Origin: Tubiluchus corallicola
Taxonomy: Eukaryota > Animalia > Priapulida
Length of the DNA stretch: 64,000 bases
Direction: 5' to 3'
NCBI GenBank assembly: GCA_030141605.1
Contig: JAQGDQ010000608.1
Location: 1-64,000 of the forward strand
Under the pieces are notes generated by a model that made no database searches, was not told the DNA's origin, and saw only the letters and a program-made list of their open reading frames with translations. Made by a program: the position numbers and the translations under genes. Below, piece by piece: positions 1 through 63,943 of the stretch. Within the stretch, counting starts at the first letter, position 1. Each line of letters starts with the position of its first letter.

Positions 1-347
1 GACCAATTAGCCACTACCAATTTGTAAAAACTGTCAAAACACCAAATAATAAAACAATAATCAATTTATGGCCAAAAATCGTCATCATAGACTCCAACCA
101 GTCTAAGATGGTGCGATATTCTATAAAAAAAAATTGCACAAGTTAAGTTTGTTTTAAATAAACAAAAAGCAACAATCTCCCGCAGAAGAAACAAACAAAA
201 CAGCTAGGTGATATTGATACTGTAGACTCTGTTTTACATGTCTTACATGTAAACTCTGTTTTAGATGTAGCATGGCTCGAATCTCATACCACAACTAAAA
301 GTGTTAAATTTAAAGCCATTAGAAGAAAGAAGAATTCAAAATGACCT

Positions 348-640
348 ACACATGTGTTATAAAATCATTCATGAAGAAGTAGATTCGAGTGCTGAAAAGT
401 GTTTTGCTAGGACTTCATCCTGATCGTACGCGGAGCAACCATTCGCTAAAATTATATGGACAAGGAACAAATGAAAAGCAGTTTGGACAATTCTTTTTCT
501 AATCAGATGGTTCACATGTGGAATTCACTTCCAAATTCTGTGAATGGTTCTTCAATTGTGACAACAGCACATTTTAAATTATTCTGCAAAAGACAGTATT
601 CGGTTGATCTTGATAATTTTCTCAAAGGCTAATGTAAGCA
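348..640 (+). mobile_element. CR1/L2 LINE 3' ORF remnant
   Basis: FSNQMVHMWNSLPNSV matches the FxxRxxxxWNxLP C-terminal motif. Confidence 0.6.
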
Positions 641-661
641 GTTTTTCTCTTAATGTCTCCC

Positions 662-750
662 CAATTCAATTCAATTCATTTATTAACTCCTCAAGAATTA
701 ACAAAATACAGTATTAGGATTACATGCAATTTTATGTAACAAAGGGCAGT
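662..750 (-). mobile_element. LINE-type 3' tail fragment (AATAAA + (TTGAA)n); inverted copy at ~59790-59875
   Basis: About 85 bp shared in reverse-complement with 59790-59875. Confidence 0.55.
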
Positions 751-882
751 GCAGAATATGTAGGCTATCTAGTCAGCCAACACTCAAAAATTTTATTTAT
801 TCTTAATGCAATATTTTATTGTGTCGTAATGTACAGTGTTGTACTGTTACGTGTTTGTACACTATCTGTAAATTTTAACTGA

Positions 883-1078
883 GTTGTGACGTCATCCATT
901 GTACTCCGTTTATAACTTTAATTCAGTAAAAGCTGCTACAGGCTTTGCGTTAGATAAACAAACAGTAGGCACGATGTTACGGGCTTTGTGTTATAAATGA
1001 GCACTAGGCAGAATGTTCGCGTATTATTGATTACACGTGTATTTATACGCAAAATCTTTTGCGGGGCCTTTGCTAGTT
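883..1078 (+). mobile_element. Helitron/DINE-like 3' end fragment
   Basis: Homologous to 59167-59341; hairpin cgcaaaa-tc-ttttgcg followed by CTAG|T. Confidence 0.55.
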
Positions 1079-1103
1079 GAGTGTTAATAAATTAAAAACC
1101 GAC

Positions 1104-28716
<27,613 letters not shown>

Positions 28717-29840
28717 TACTTCTCTCAAATATATGTAAAAAATAGTAAAACAATAACGAGGACAAATCTATAATTCCAACATCACAAGTTACACTTTTCA
28801 CTGATTTCTCTGTTATTATTGTAAATTAGATGTCTTTAAAATCATCAGAAACGCGTATTTTTCACTATTGAAACGTAAAAATCTCCACCAGTGTTACTTA
28901 ATTAACGCTAAACTTGACAAAAACCTGTGTAATTTCAGCGAAAACATTGTGCGGCATTTGCCCTGCACTGCGTACTGAACACGCGTCGAAAACAAGCAAA
29001 CTATCAACAAAGAATAAAATAAACTGCGCGCAACGTTAATCCAATGTTGATATTTTGTTTCGCTGTCGGTTGCGATGGCTTACTAAGTGCCTGTCACCAC
29101 GATTAGCTGTCACTGAAACCAGCCCAGGTAAGCTCACGAGCCGCACAGGTAACGCTAATTACCTCACCTGTGTATAGGTAATCGGTTACCCTTGGACGCG
29201 GTATCCAAGCGTTCTGCAACAAAACAACCGCCAGCCGCTTGCCTACCAAAACGGCTGTGGTCAAAGAGAAGCCTAGCGCTGCGAATTGATACAATAGCTG
29301 GGGGGGGGTGGAATCAATAGAAAGAGTTGATTAAGCATGAAAAAAAGGGAAGGCGAGTTGAACAAAGCTATTAGAGAGGCTATATTACTCAGGCGAGACA
29401 AGTTATTGGATACAAACGCTTTATGATTAGTCATTTTAGCCTTTGTTGGAAGGACAACGAATAAAAATGTATAGTTTTATCACTAATTAGGATTAAAAGT
29501 AGGACTATGAGATACAAATCGCATACAGTGAGGTGGTACAGCAAGAAATGATTCTTTACTTCAAATCTTATTTTAAAAAATACTTGTTATGCTAAACATT
29601 GAAAACAAAATTAATTTTTAATTAAATAAGTTTTCTTTTATTTAAAATTGGATATGATCTACTACATTATTTTGCATTAGTTTCAAAACTTTACTCAGTT
29701 TTACTAGTAAGTAACAGTATGTGAATTTCAAATCTTTCCAATCCAACGGCGATCAGACCAGCGAGTTTTCTGCTGCGAATTTTCTCTTTGTGTGTGTGAA
29801 CAGCTTCGTAAACTCTCCGACACTTGCTGTGAGTTGAGGA

Positions 29841-30820
29841 GGGTATATTTGGAGACATAACAATATCCTAAATCACATCGTTAAATGTCTACAATCAAAC
29901 CTCGATTCAACCAACAAATCAGCCATTTTGTGCGCTGATTTACCAGGACTATCTACCCCATCAACGGGACGACTGTTGATCCGGAATGTGTACAAACAAC
30001 ACAAATTCCTGATCTTACGATTTTCTTCCCAGAATCTCGTTTCTTAGTAAAAGCTGAGCTTACAGTTCTATTCCATATTCTAGAAAATATTCAAAAAGCT
30101 CAGAGATCTTAAAACAAGCAGATATGTCGCTTTAATATCAGATCTTAAAAAACAACTTGAGGTTGTATTAGTTTCATTTGAGATCGGCAGTCGTGGTTTT
30201 ATTTCTGCTAATAATTATAATACTTTGCTTAAAATACTTCTCAAGCGGTGCCATTACCAGGGCCGGAACTAGATGTGGCAAGCGGGGGGGGGGGCGCAAA
30301 AATTTCCTGGGGAGGCAAGATCTCCGAAGTGGTTAAATAATGGTTAAGCCAATTTTTAACCCCTTTTATACTGCATGCAGGCCTATAATTAGCATGTGTG
30401 TAGGAAGGCGTAGCGGACAGAGCAATAATGAGAAAATTAACTCTCGGTTAACCTAACGTTATTAATGTGCCTCTAACTAAATTGTTATTTACAGAAATTC
30501 ATCACACACAAGTTTTAAGAAAATAATACACTGAAGCTACCAAACATTTTTTTACCTAATTCTAATTCATATTGAAAATGATTACATAAGAACTGCAATT
30601 TTCACTGCAAAAAAATTATTTGTCCGATTTTGCAGGGGGGGCGCAAATTTTGACAGCCCCCCCCCTAGTTCCGCCCCTGGCCATTACAAAAGAAAATTAT
30701 CTGAAATGCGAAGAGACTTAATCAAACTTGTCATCATCTCATCATATGTGATTTTCTATTCAAAATTCTCGCCAGATTGGCAACCTCCATCTTTAATGTC
30801 TGTGCCAAACAGATAAGAAA
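29841..30820 (+). mobile_element. Decayed restriction-like-endonuclease (R2/R4/Hero/NeSL-group) non-LTR retrotransposon 3' end
   Basis: GYIWRHNNIL..PDL..ELTV..FEIGSRGFI..SSYVIF..W motifs with frameshifts; interrupted by a hAT MITE. Confidence 0.75.
30258..30679. mobile_element. hAT MITE family B
   Basis: TIR CAGGG(C/G)CGGAACTAG, perfect 8-bp TSD GCCATTAC. Confidence 0.9.
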
Positions 30821-31765
30821 TGTTCTGTGTAAATTTCAATACCTACGTTTTAATAGATTTAATTATTTTTGTCGTAAATTTGTTTGCAACTTTAACCCTT
30901 TGATCTTGCAGAATGCCAGTGTTTGTCTTGTAAGTGTTTATGTAATAAGAATAAGTTATATACGTTATATACAATGTATAAGTTAATGTGTATTTAACTG
31001 TTCACCCCTGGAGGAGTATCATCTTGTACCCTCTATCTGGGACTCTGCGTCTTTTAAATTTTGTTCTTTACTGCAATAATTTTTAATAAACTTTCTAATT
31101 AATAATAAATAATTAATAAATTAATGTGAATACCTCAGGGTGTTACTCTAGACACTTCCCCCAGGGAATAGAAAAGTGAGTTCATAGTGTCTTGACTGGA
31201 TTAGCGTAGTTAAACTAATGCACTAGTATCACTATTTTGGGTAAGAGCAAATTATTTATTAGCAGTCGAAATGTTATGCAAAAATATTAATATCCCGAAC
31301 AGGATCACGTGACTAGAGAACTATTTTGAGTAACTAGGGCTGAATATGTAACACCAGGTTTCTCAAGCAATGACATCATGTGTTTACTAAATATACTGTT
31401 AATTAAGTAACTGAATAGATTAAAGCGTATTTCAGCACACATCAGAGGCAAACTACTTACATTTTTCTTCTTATTAACGTTGTAAACAGCCACTAAATAT
31501 GATATGTTTACTTATTATTATTGCATTTGTGATTACGAAGATCCGAATAAATGATATGCATATATACTATACAAATGCAATAATAACAAACAAACATATA
31601 AGATTTATTGGCTATTTAGAACGCAAAATTACCTATGTACATATATATATATATATATATATACATACAGTAAAATCACACTATGTGTATACATATATAT
31701 CATTATATGTAATAATAACAAACAAACATGTAAGATTTAGTGGCTATTTAGAACGTAAAAATTAC

Positions 31766-31813
<48 letters not shown>

Positions 31814-32420
31814 TAAAATCGACTATGTGTATACATATATATTATCATATGTACTTACATTATATATAATATACAATAATATTATACATATAATAGTAAA
31901 ACAGTAATATCGTTTAAATTTGTCTTGTAAACTAGTAATTTGGGCTAAAATGTACAATTCCCCACACATACAAAAATTGTTCGTTAAGCGTATTAGGATT
32001 AGGGTTAGGGTTGGAATTTGGGTTAGGATTAGGATTAGGGTTAAGGTATTTAAATAGTGTGAGGAATAGTAAACTCCTTCCGCAATTTGAGTTATAATCA
32101 CTTTCATTAATACCAAATACTGTCTATTGTCAAAATCAGCTGCTTATACAAGCACTCTGGCTACAGCAGATGTTCCGTGAACAACTTGTTTAACATCATC
32201 TCTACAAATAGCTGATATGTGCTCATTAGGAGTTCATCCAAGCATCTGCTTCGATCTAACTTCTATCAATAATAAATAAGGACAGGTGTTTCGTGAGAGG
32301 ACACAGCGTTTTTGCACAGGTAGTCAGTGACCTCTTTCATATGATGATGATGACACATAAATGTGTTTTAAACAGGTGTGACTCGCAAAGGTAAAAAATA
32401 ACAGCTACTGAAATAACAAC

Positions 32421-32884
32421 TTAACCCTTTCATGCCCGTTGTATGCCGTGGGATACGAGAATATTTTCTGCCTTTAAAATTCATAAAATTTTAAAACTGA
32501 CAGTTATTTGATCTGTTAATAGTTATTTTGATTTAAGCCAATAACAATAGACTAAAAATGGTGATAAAATGGCAAATTAGAAAATCTGCATAGCATAAAC
32601 TGCGCAAGGTACAGTACTTTAGAGACGACTTTGTACAGATCAGCATAGCGTGCATACTAAATGTCTTAAATACTTTAAAAAATTATCAGCAGTTGCAAAA
32701 TGAAGCACATTTTATGCTTCCATTGAATCCCAATGTATCCCGTGGGATACAGGCTATATTTAACACGCGGGCACAGGTAGAAAAAAATAATTATTATGTG
32801 TAAACAAGATGGGCATACTGAACAAAAGTACCAAGCCAAAATAATTTTTCTTATTAAAAAATAATTTGGGACTGAAAGGGTTAA
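32421..32884 (-). mobile_element. piggyBac-like MITE family A, copy 3 (inverted)
   Basis: ttaaCCCTTTCA...TGAAAGGGttaa. Confidence 0.9.
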
Positions 32885-34437
32885 GTTAATATTATTAAGA
32901 AACCACATTTTGTAGTAATTTAAAGGAACTACTTAATAGAATATCGAAAGCAAACGCGAATAACTTATATGAAAAAATTATTACCACAGAAACGTATTTC
33001 GCATTTGCTAGAGACAGGCCCTAGCACCTGCATCTCGGAAACGCATTGCACAAAAAAACAGGTACTGCATCTCTCAGTTCAGAGTTGTTCAGTTGTGACG
33101 TAGTACACACGTTCGAGAGCATTAACACAGTAGTAAATTTGAAATTTAAATTTTTAAACACCGAATGTCTTTGTATATCACGCGAAATTTTGTACAGCGA
33201 CAGTGTACTTCAATTTTCTCTTAACACGTTCATGAAATATTTGTGCTTTTGAAAATTGTGTTAACTTGTGACGTCATCACTAACTGGGCTCGCTGGCTGT
33301 TAATTAAGTTTTCAACCTATTATTTGATTATCAGACACTTTGGCCTAATTGTAGGTGTTAAAAAGTATACTTTTTATCGCACTTCCAAGTGGGACAGGAT
33401 ATCAAAAATCATTGTGTTTCCCTTTAATGAATCTTACTGTATAATAATCACTACTACTATTATAAAGTGTTAAAAATTTATTTTTCTAGCCTAATAGGCC
33501 GGACATTGTCTAGCGGCTCTAGCCTAACTGGCCTCCCCAAGTCAGCCCAAGATACATATGGTCAAATCTGACTTGATTTATTCTAATGTAATCTCGGTAA
33601 CGTAATCAGTATTATTCTGTCTGTTATCAATTCGAATTAAGTCAGACGAAATCAAATCCACATTGACCCACTAAGCTAATAAGAAATCTTATGTAATCAA
33701 ATATAGTCTAACTATACATGACTTAATCTAACCTAAACTAATCTAATCTAATCTAATCTAATGCAATCTAATCTAATCTAATCCGAAATAATTTAATGTA
33801 AGCTCATCTAATCTTATTTAATCTTATCAACTTTAACTATCTAATCTAATGTATACAATGTCATATAATCTTATTTTGTCTTATTTAATTGAGCCAAACA
33901 AAATTTTACCTAAAGTTACTGCAGTCTAATACATCTGTTTTGTTCCAAAAATGGTTTTTTCAAGTTAATAAGTTAACATCACACTACTAAACAAAATAAA
34001 TGCCAAGTTTTTTATGCTAATCTTAAAACGTTTCTATGAAACCAGCTGCATTTAAGTAAATAGGCTATTTTAAGGTTAGCCTTCTTTACAATTACCACAA
34101 GGTCAAGCAGAAACGCTGGCTTAAATAAAGCAGTTAGAGAGACAGCCATTCGATTCAATTTTATTTGAACAAATAGATACAATGTACATTGGCAAATTGC
34201 TTAATACGATATAATATACATATCAAATGCTATATAAACAGAAAAAAATAATTCATACCAGACTTTATGCAAAGCTATTTTTAAAGACAAATATTAAGAT
34301 GTAGTATATTGATACAAAAATCATAGTAAGATATTGTATAATTCAGCATTGAAAAAGAAAATGTCTTAAGTATCAGTTCCAACTTCTTAAACGAAAGATT
34401 ATATAGAAGAAAGAAATGAGAATTGAAAACAATTGTG

Positions 34438-34705
34438 GTTAGAGTCTGCTGTGATAGTACTGACTTCTTCTCTAGGGACCAGAGTTAGAGTCTGCTGCCA
34501 TAGTACTGACTTCTTCTCTAGGGACCGGAGTTAGAGTCTGCTGCCATAGTACTGACTTCTTCTCTAGGGACCGGAGTTAGAGTCTGCTGCCATAGTACTG
34601 ACTTCTTCTCTAGGTACCAGAGTTAGAGTCTGCTGCCGTGGTACTGACTTCTTCTCTAGGGACCAGAGTTAGAGTCTGCTGCCGTAGTACTGACTTCTTC
34701 TCTAA
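34438..34705. repeat. 46-bp tandem array (~6 copies)
   Basis: Unit gttagagtctgctgccatagtactgacttcttctctagggaccaga. Confidence 0.92.
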
Positions 34706-35143
34706 GGATCGAAGTTGTTCCAAAATAAAGTTTCTTGCATTGATGTCATTAACGTATAAAGTGTAACCGCAAAACCTATTCAGAAAAAGTTATCAAATCT
34801 GAAAGCAGCCAGTCCAAAACCAAGAGTAATGACTACTAAGACTCTTTTTAACATGTAATTAAAAATTAACGCAGCTTTGTCCCCTGGGTCAATGCACTCC
34901 TAAGGACACTATTAATAGGGAATCCGCAAACAGAGCCAGTAACAAAATCTATTCAGTTTGGTTCGTCGAACTGGTTTCCTAGGACAACCCCTCAGGCAAC
35001 TGAATCTTTTACATCAGTATAGAGGACAACAATTGTAGACTGCCAATATTGATTAAAATCCACCAGTGCATTCCTGAAATTCATAATTAATCAGCTGATT
35101 TTGACTCTAGTCTAGAAAACAAATGCCAACAGTCAGACTGTCA

Positions 35144-35608
35144 TTAACCCTTTCAGTCCCAAATTATTTTTTTATAGAAAAAAAATTTGGCTTAGTACTT
35201 TTGTTCAGTATGTCGATGTTGTTTACACATAATAATTATTTTTTCTACCTGTGCCCGCGTGCTAAATATAGCCTTGTATCCCACGGGATACATTGGGATT
35301 CAATGGAAGCATAAAATGTGCTTCATTTTGCAACTGCTGATAATTTTTTAAAGTATTTAAGACATTTAGTATGCATGCTATGCTGATCTGTACAAAGTCG
35401 TCTCTAAAATACTGTACCTTGCGCAGTTTTTTATGCTACGTAGATTTTCTAGTTTGCCATTTTATCACCATTTTTAGTCTATTGTTATTGGCTTAAATCA
35501 AAATAACTATTAACAGATCAAATAACTATCAGTTTTAAAATTTCATTAATTTTAAAGGCAGAAAATATTCTCGTATCCCACGGGATACAATGGGTATGAA
35601 AGGGTTAA
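35144..35608 (+). mobile_element. piggyBac-like MITE family A, copy 4
   Basis: ttaaCCCTTTCA...TGAAAGGGttaa. Confidence 0.9.
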
Positions 35609-36050
35609 TTCATTGTAACTGTGATTGCCAGAATTTTAATAAACTATTGCAGTTTATTTTGCCAATTATTACCCTCTGTGGGTAATGAGGTGAGAAAGGA
35701 GACACTGAAAAATTGTCAACTGGTTGGGATTTGAACACGAGACCTTGGATTAGTACTTCCATACTTCCAGTCAACATGACAGAGCAGGCTCGATTGTCCT
35801 TTATAGCACACAATCCAACAGCGCCGCCTATGAGGTTGACACTTGCAGCTGCAGGAAGGAAATCACAGGCTAGCTTGGGTGGTGGTAGAGCATGGGTGTA
35901 CTAATCCCAGGTCGCAGGTTCGAATCCCAACTAATCCATAATTCTTCAGTGTCCCCCCTTTATCCAACTCACATAGGTAATGTAATTTGTAAACTAAACC
36001 GCAAAGGGGTTTATAAAAATTCTGGCAATCACAGTCACGATTAATTAATG
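35609..36050. mobile_element. Palindromic element with ~165-bp inverted arms, each holding a tRNA-like head
   Basis: Arms ~35609-35770 and ~35880-36050 are imperfect reverse complements; B boxes GGTTCGAATCC (35917-35927, +) and TGTTCAAATCC (35727-35737, -). Confidence 0.7.
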
Positions 36051-36513
36051 ATACCGTTAGTTGCCAACTAAAATTGGGAAAATATTGATACTATGGTCAG
36101 ACTGTATTAAGCATTTTCTGGCTTCAGCAAAAACGCATTGTAAATTACAAATTTTGGTAAATCTGTGTTACTTTAAACACCTGGTTAAGTTCGTAGATCG
36201 TAGATTCGTTCATCTTCAGTTTGATTTTTTTATTATTATTATTATTATGCACTTATTATTACTGTGTATGAATTGTACTAACACGTTATAAGCATATCAT
36301 TATCAATTTTATGTCATTCGTAACAATTTAGTTTTTATTATAAGCAGTACTAACACTAATACACTGTAGCATAGCGCCTATAAAAAATGTTCATCACTAA
36401 CCAAAGGGCAGCTGACTAGATGACCAATTGGTCTTTCGCTGCCCTTTCTTCACATTTTTGTTGCTAAATTAATTGTATTATAACTATGCATGTGTTGCAG
36501 GATAAATAAAAAG

Positions 36514-36666
<153 letters not shown>

Positions 36667-37550
36667 CAGCAAGAACATTCACTGCAAATCAAAATACCAC
36701 TTTGTTATTTCACTTAGCAGACTGTTGGCTCTTTACGCCCCAAACAAGTCATCCAGAATCTTGTGTAAAGGCCAAAGTTATGTGTCACGTGGTGTCATTC
36801 ATTTTCAAGCTAAATTTGCAGTAGTGGCTTCCAGAAAAACTGGGCTAACAGAGGTGGTATAGGTTCTACTCTTTCTTGGAAAAGTAGGACTCTTTTGTTG
36901 GCTGAGCATGGCAGGGAACTCGCGACTCGTCCACGTCATGTGTGTACATAAGCAATCTTTCTAACAAATGTAATGCAACACACTTTACAAATTCTGTAAA
37001 AACAAAAATCCATCAAGCATGGGTATAAGAAAGCATTTTGGACGTTCATCGACTATTTCCAAGAGTTCATCCATGCGTTGAACGAATATTACCATTTTCA
37101 AATTATTATTTTTTTGTCTAAACACATTTTTATTTAACAAAAATTAATAATAAATAATAATAACAATAACAACAACAACAACAACAACAACAAAAACAAC
37201 AACAATAATAATAATAACAATAAAAACCTTATTTGGTATGCAGTTATACGTAACTGATTAATAATACCATAAGCTGTAATGCAGAAGTAATGCATGTTAC
37301 AAAATATGAAGCATGACACTTATGTGTTAGTAATGAGTAAAATATTGATGTTAACTTAGTTATACTCTATACAATCAATTGATGAAAAGCGGCGCATAGG
37401 TTTTATATAGTCTTGGGTAGTTTAAAACTTATTAGCAAATAAATTTCATGTGACGAACATAGGTTCCGCAGTTTTGTGTATGTACGTGTTGCGTAATTTA
37501 GCAATTTGTTAACGTTTTCATCATGCTAATTGTTGTAGGAATATGATGCC

Positions 37551-37913
37551 AATAAACCTTTTCACAGCAATTAATGATGATCGTGGAAAGGTCAAAGGTT
37601 AAGTGTACAAGACAATGCAACTGTATACACTTGACAACACCTAACAGCCCATGCTACTGTAATAGCAACAGTTTTAATAGCTAGCTAGAACCTTACCTAG
37701 TTCATTTTATCCTGTTCCCGAGCAAGATCCTGCTAGCAAATCACTCTATGCACAGATTAATGCATAATTAAAATTACTGAACTGATGGAGTAGACGGCTT
37801 TGCCTTAAACACGATACACGACGGTTGTAGCTAAGACGTGTTGATGTGAAGCACTTAACCTTTGACCTACAGCAATTGTTCATGCGCACAACAAGACGGA
37901 GCAAATGTTTATT
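37551..37913. mobile_element. Unclassified MITE family F, inverted copy
   Basis: Reverse-complement homology to 12459-13024. Confidence 0.7.
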
Positions 37914-38149
37914 AGTACAATGGACAGGCCAAACAAAAAATAAGCATACAGCTTAAATATTTGTTTAGCATAAACTTACCATTTGCTCCTCAAATTAAAT
38001 CAATAATTAGTTCAGAATGGAGTGCACACAGATAAGAAGTGCAAGTCTACTGCAGGTACCCCCCGTACAGGAGGTACATTTTACAGTAAATGAAGTCCCG
38101 AATCACTGATTTTCAACAGCTGCACCAAACTCACAATCCAGTGTTTCAC

Positions 38150-38970
38150 CAAAACTGCAAACAAACATCACGTGAAAATTAACAAGCTAAAACTGAATGA
38201 TATCTACAAACTCGAGCTTGCAAAATTTGTATACAAATTTAAGAATAACTTACTACCAGAATTGTTTCTAAATTACTATACGCCAGCATCTACATTCACA
38301 GTTACAACACTAGGTTTTCTACTAGCAGTTCTTTCTTCATCGAACGATTTAATACATCTAAGGGTCAAAGGTCATTAAAATATCAGGGATCAGTATTATG
38401 GAACTCCCTACCTGCTCATATAACTTCTTTACCTCTCTGCATTCGCTAAAAAAACAGTACACTAAGACACTTTTTGAATCTTACGTATAAATCAATTTTT
38501 TGTCTATTAGATGTACATTCTTGTGGTAATTTTTGCTGAAAAACATTTTTTATAAGGTGCAAACTCACTTTCTATAATGTTCAATAATGAACATGCTTCT
38601 TATATTACAGGCAACACAGTCAGCAAAATGGACATAATGATTTGGCTCAGAAACAATTGTGAGGTATTTTCAACGAGTTGCTTAGTAGTTCATAAATTTG
38701 TCATGGTTTTTGGTTTTTGATTTTTTTCTGTTGTTGTATTTTTGTTTTTGTATTTCTGCACGTTTATATATTTTTTAATAGTTGTGTTCTGCTGTCATTA
38801 GCGTCCTTTTGTTTACTGTCCTTTGAGAAGGGTGGTTGACTCGATAACCTCTGGTTTTTCGCCACCCTTTCTCCCATGTTCGTTTGTATTTTTGTGTATT
38901 TTATTGTCAAATTATTGTAAATTTATGAAGAAAAATAAAACTATTACTATTACTATATTACTATTACTAA
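38150..38970 (+). mobile_element. L2-type LINE 3' remnant
   Basis: LKLNDIYKLELAKFVYKFKNNLLP..YQGSVLWNSLP; AATAAA plus (TATTAC)n tail. Confidence 0.75.
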
Positions 38971-40599
38971 AGACACGTAAAAATTCAATGCTAACAAAAA
39001 AATCTAAGAGGCAGATATTAAGATAATAAAAACGTACCACTTACAGATATTAAACCGCGTATCAAAAACGACACTCGCACATACGTGTATATTAAGTGTC
39101 CGGTTCCTGCGAAGCAATGGCCCTTTTTCGAAAATTCCACACAAAAACAATTTATGCATGTTCAAATCCACTAACCTTTTGCACCAAATGCAACATTACG
39201 CATATTTGAAACAGAACAGCAAAGTATCTTCACTCGCTACGAAGTTGAACAACTAGAATCATAATGACTTAAACCAATGCACATACTGATAATAAATTTA
39301 AATTTATTAGCATCATAAGATTGTATAAGTTATGACTATTAGGAATTACCAATGAAAATCTGTATTTTGATGATACGTAACCGAAAAATGAGACTAGTAA
39401 ATATTTTTGCCTTACCTAAAGAATTTTATCATCAAAATGTTTCCCAACAATACAACAGATAGTATACCTGACTGCTTTCTACAACTGTAAGTAATGTTAC
39501 CATAACAAGTCCTCAGCTAATTATACAGTTAACATTTAAGATATAAAATTCTTGCAATAGTTTTCAATCACAAAAAGGAAAAGTGATTTTGAAGAATTCA
39601 TTACATCTCGACATTTTTAAAAACATCAACTAAACAGATGTTTATACGACCTGGAATAGCAAAAGCGATCCGGAAGTAACCGATCCGGGAAGTATCCTAC
39701 AAACACGACTAGAACAACATTTGCAATTTTACAGCATACATAAACACATTAGCAGCTGAGTAAAATAAAGTTAAAAATGTACAAAATAACTGCTAGAATA
39801 GTGATCATTTCGCGTACAAACTTCATCACACAATGAAAAAATGAAAATCTACTAATAAATCTATACTAAAAGACGGCAAACGAAAAAGAAAATTACATGT
39901 TCAGAATTAAATTCCGATAATAGTAATAACCCTCGGTCGCCAGAAATGGGGTGTGGTTTCACCCCAGCGTTAACACTGCATTGTAATCGTATTGACTATT
40001 TTCCAACAAATTCTAAGTATTACTAATTAAGCAAACTCATATAATTTACGAAAATCCAAACATGTCATCTGACAACTTTCTTGTTACAATTTTCACGCGT
40101 AAACTCAATACAGTACGCACCAACACGGCAAAGTAGTCAAAGATATGACATGGGTTTAGTCGTCCACAGAATTGCTACAGTAGTGTTTCTTCCGGATTTA
40201 TGCACGGGCTACGATTGCATCCCATTACCGCGGTATTCGCTTGACCATGAAATATTTCCGGCGGCCGAGGGTTGGTCAGCATACGATTTGTTTTAACTCT
40301 ACATATCACAATCACGTTCTTTGTGCCATTAAAATATTTCCAAAAACAATAATGTAAGATACATGCATTTTCTGACACAAACACTGTAAAGGAGGCGCTT
40401 ACTAAAAAAAATGTGCATTTCATATTTAGTATAAACACATTTCTTTAGTATGTCCTGATACGGCAGACAAAATATATACAACAATTTTCTCTGGCAAAAT
40501 TTTATACATTAAAAGACTAATCAATGTTCATTAAATATCTACAACAGCTTCGTTTCTATTTGACTGCAGATTTCGGAAAAACAAGTTCATTGTTCAAGA

Positions 40600-41035
40600 C
40601 AGGGGCGGAACTAGGGGGAGCGAGGGGAGGCGCGCGCCCCCTTGTCAAAATTTGCGCCCCCCCCCCGCAAAATCGGACAAATAATTTTTTTTGCGGTGAA
40701 AATTGCAGTTCGCATGTAATCATTTTCCAAATGAATTAGAATTAGGTAAAAAAATGTTTGGTAGCTTCAGTGTATTATTTTCTTAAAACTTGTGTGTGAT
40801 AAATTTCTGTAAATAACAATTTAGTTAGAGGCACATTAATAACGTTAGGTTAACTGAGAGTTAATTTTCTCATTATTGCTCTGTCCGCTACGCCGTCCTA
40901 CACACATGCTAATTATAGGCCTGCATGCAGTATAAAAGGGGTTAAAATTGGCTTAACCATTATTTAACCACTTCGGATACCTCGCCTCCCCATTTTTGCG
41001 CCCCCCCCTGCTTGCCACATCTAGTTCCGCCCCTG
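40600..41035. mobile_element. hAT MITE family B, inverted copy
   Basis: TIR CAGGGGCGGAACTAG, TSD gttcaaga/gttcaagg; near-identical to 30258-30679. Confidence 0.9.
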
Positions 41036-41320
41036 GTTCAAGGAGAGTGTGCATTTCTTTCCCCAACTAAGGAAACACTCCTGCGAATTTCTTTCCCCAA
41101 CTAAGGAAACACTCCTGCGAATTTCTTTCCCCAACTAAGGAAACACTCTCACTTTTAGTAATCAATAGATTCATTAAGAAAAATCTGCTTGCCATTAAAG
41201 CGCAATTATATTTTCTCACAGGTTCGTTGATCTCGAAGTAATGCAGAGTTTTTGTAAGTGGTTAACATGACTCATGACCAGACTACATGCAAACGCGCCA
41301 GAAGAAAGCCACGCTTTCAA

Positions 41321-63943
<22,623 letters not shown>

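Noticed and set aside
29040-29300. GC-richer patch with plus-strand donor-like caggtaag/caggtaac as the first exon of a divergent gene
   Set aside because: I found no downstream plus-strand coding exons. It may be gene 2 promoter sequence or non-coding, which the sequence alone cannot settle.
31993-32046. Telomere (TTAGGG)n
   Set aside because: Only a few degenerate units in an internal position; typical of transposon-internal repeats.
32924-33423. Second Kolobok-like MITE (ttaaAGG...CCTttaa)
   Set aside because: TIR match beyond 3-4 bp is poor, too weak to call.
35868-35940. tRNA gene
   Set aside because: A/B boxes are present but the acceptor stem does not pair, and it sits within an inverted-repeat element, so it is treated as tRNA-derived.
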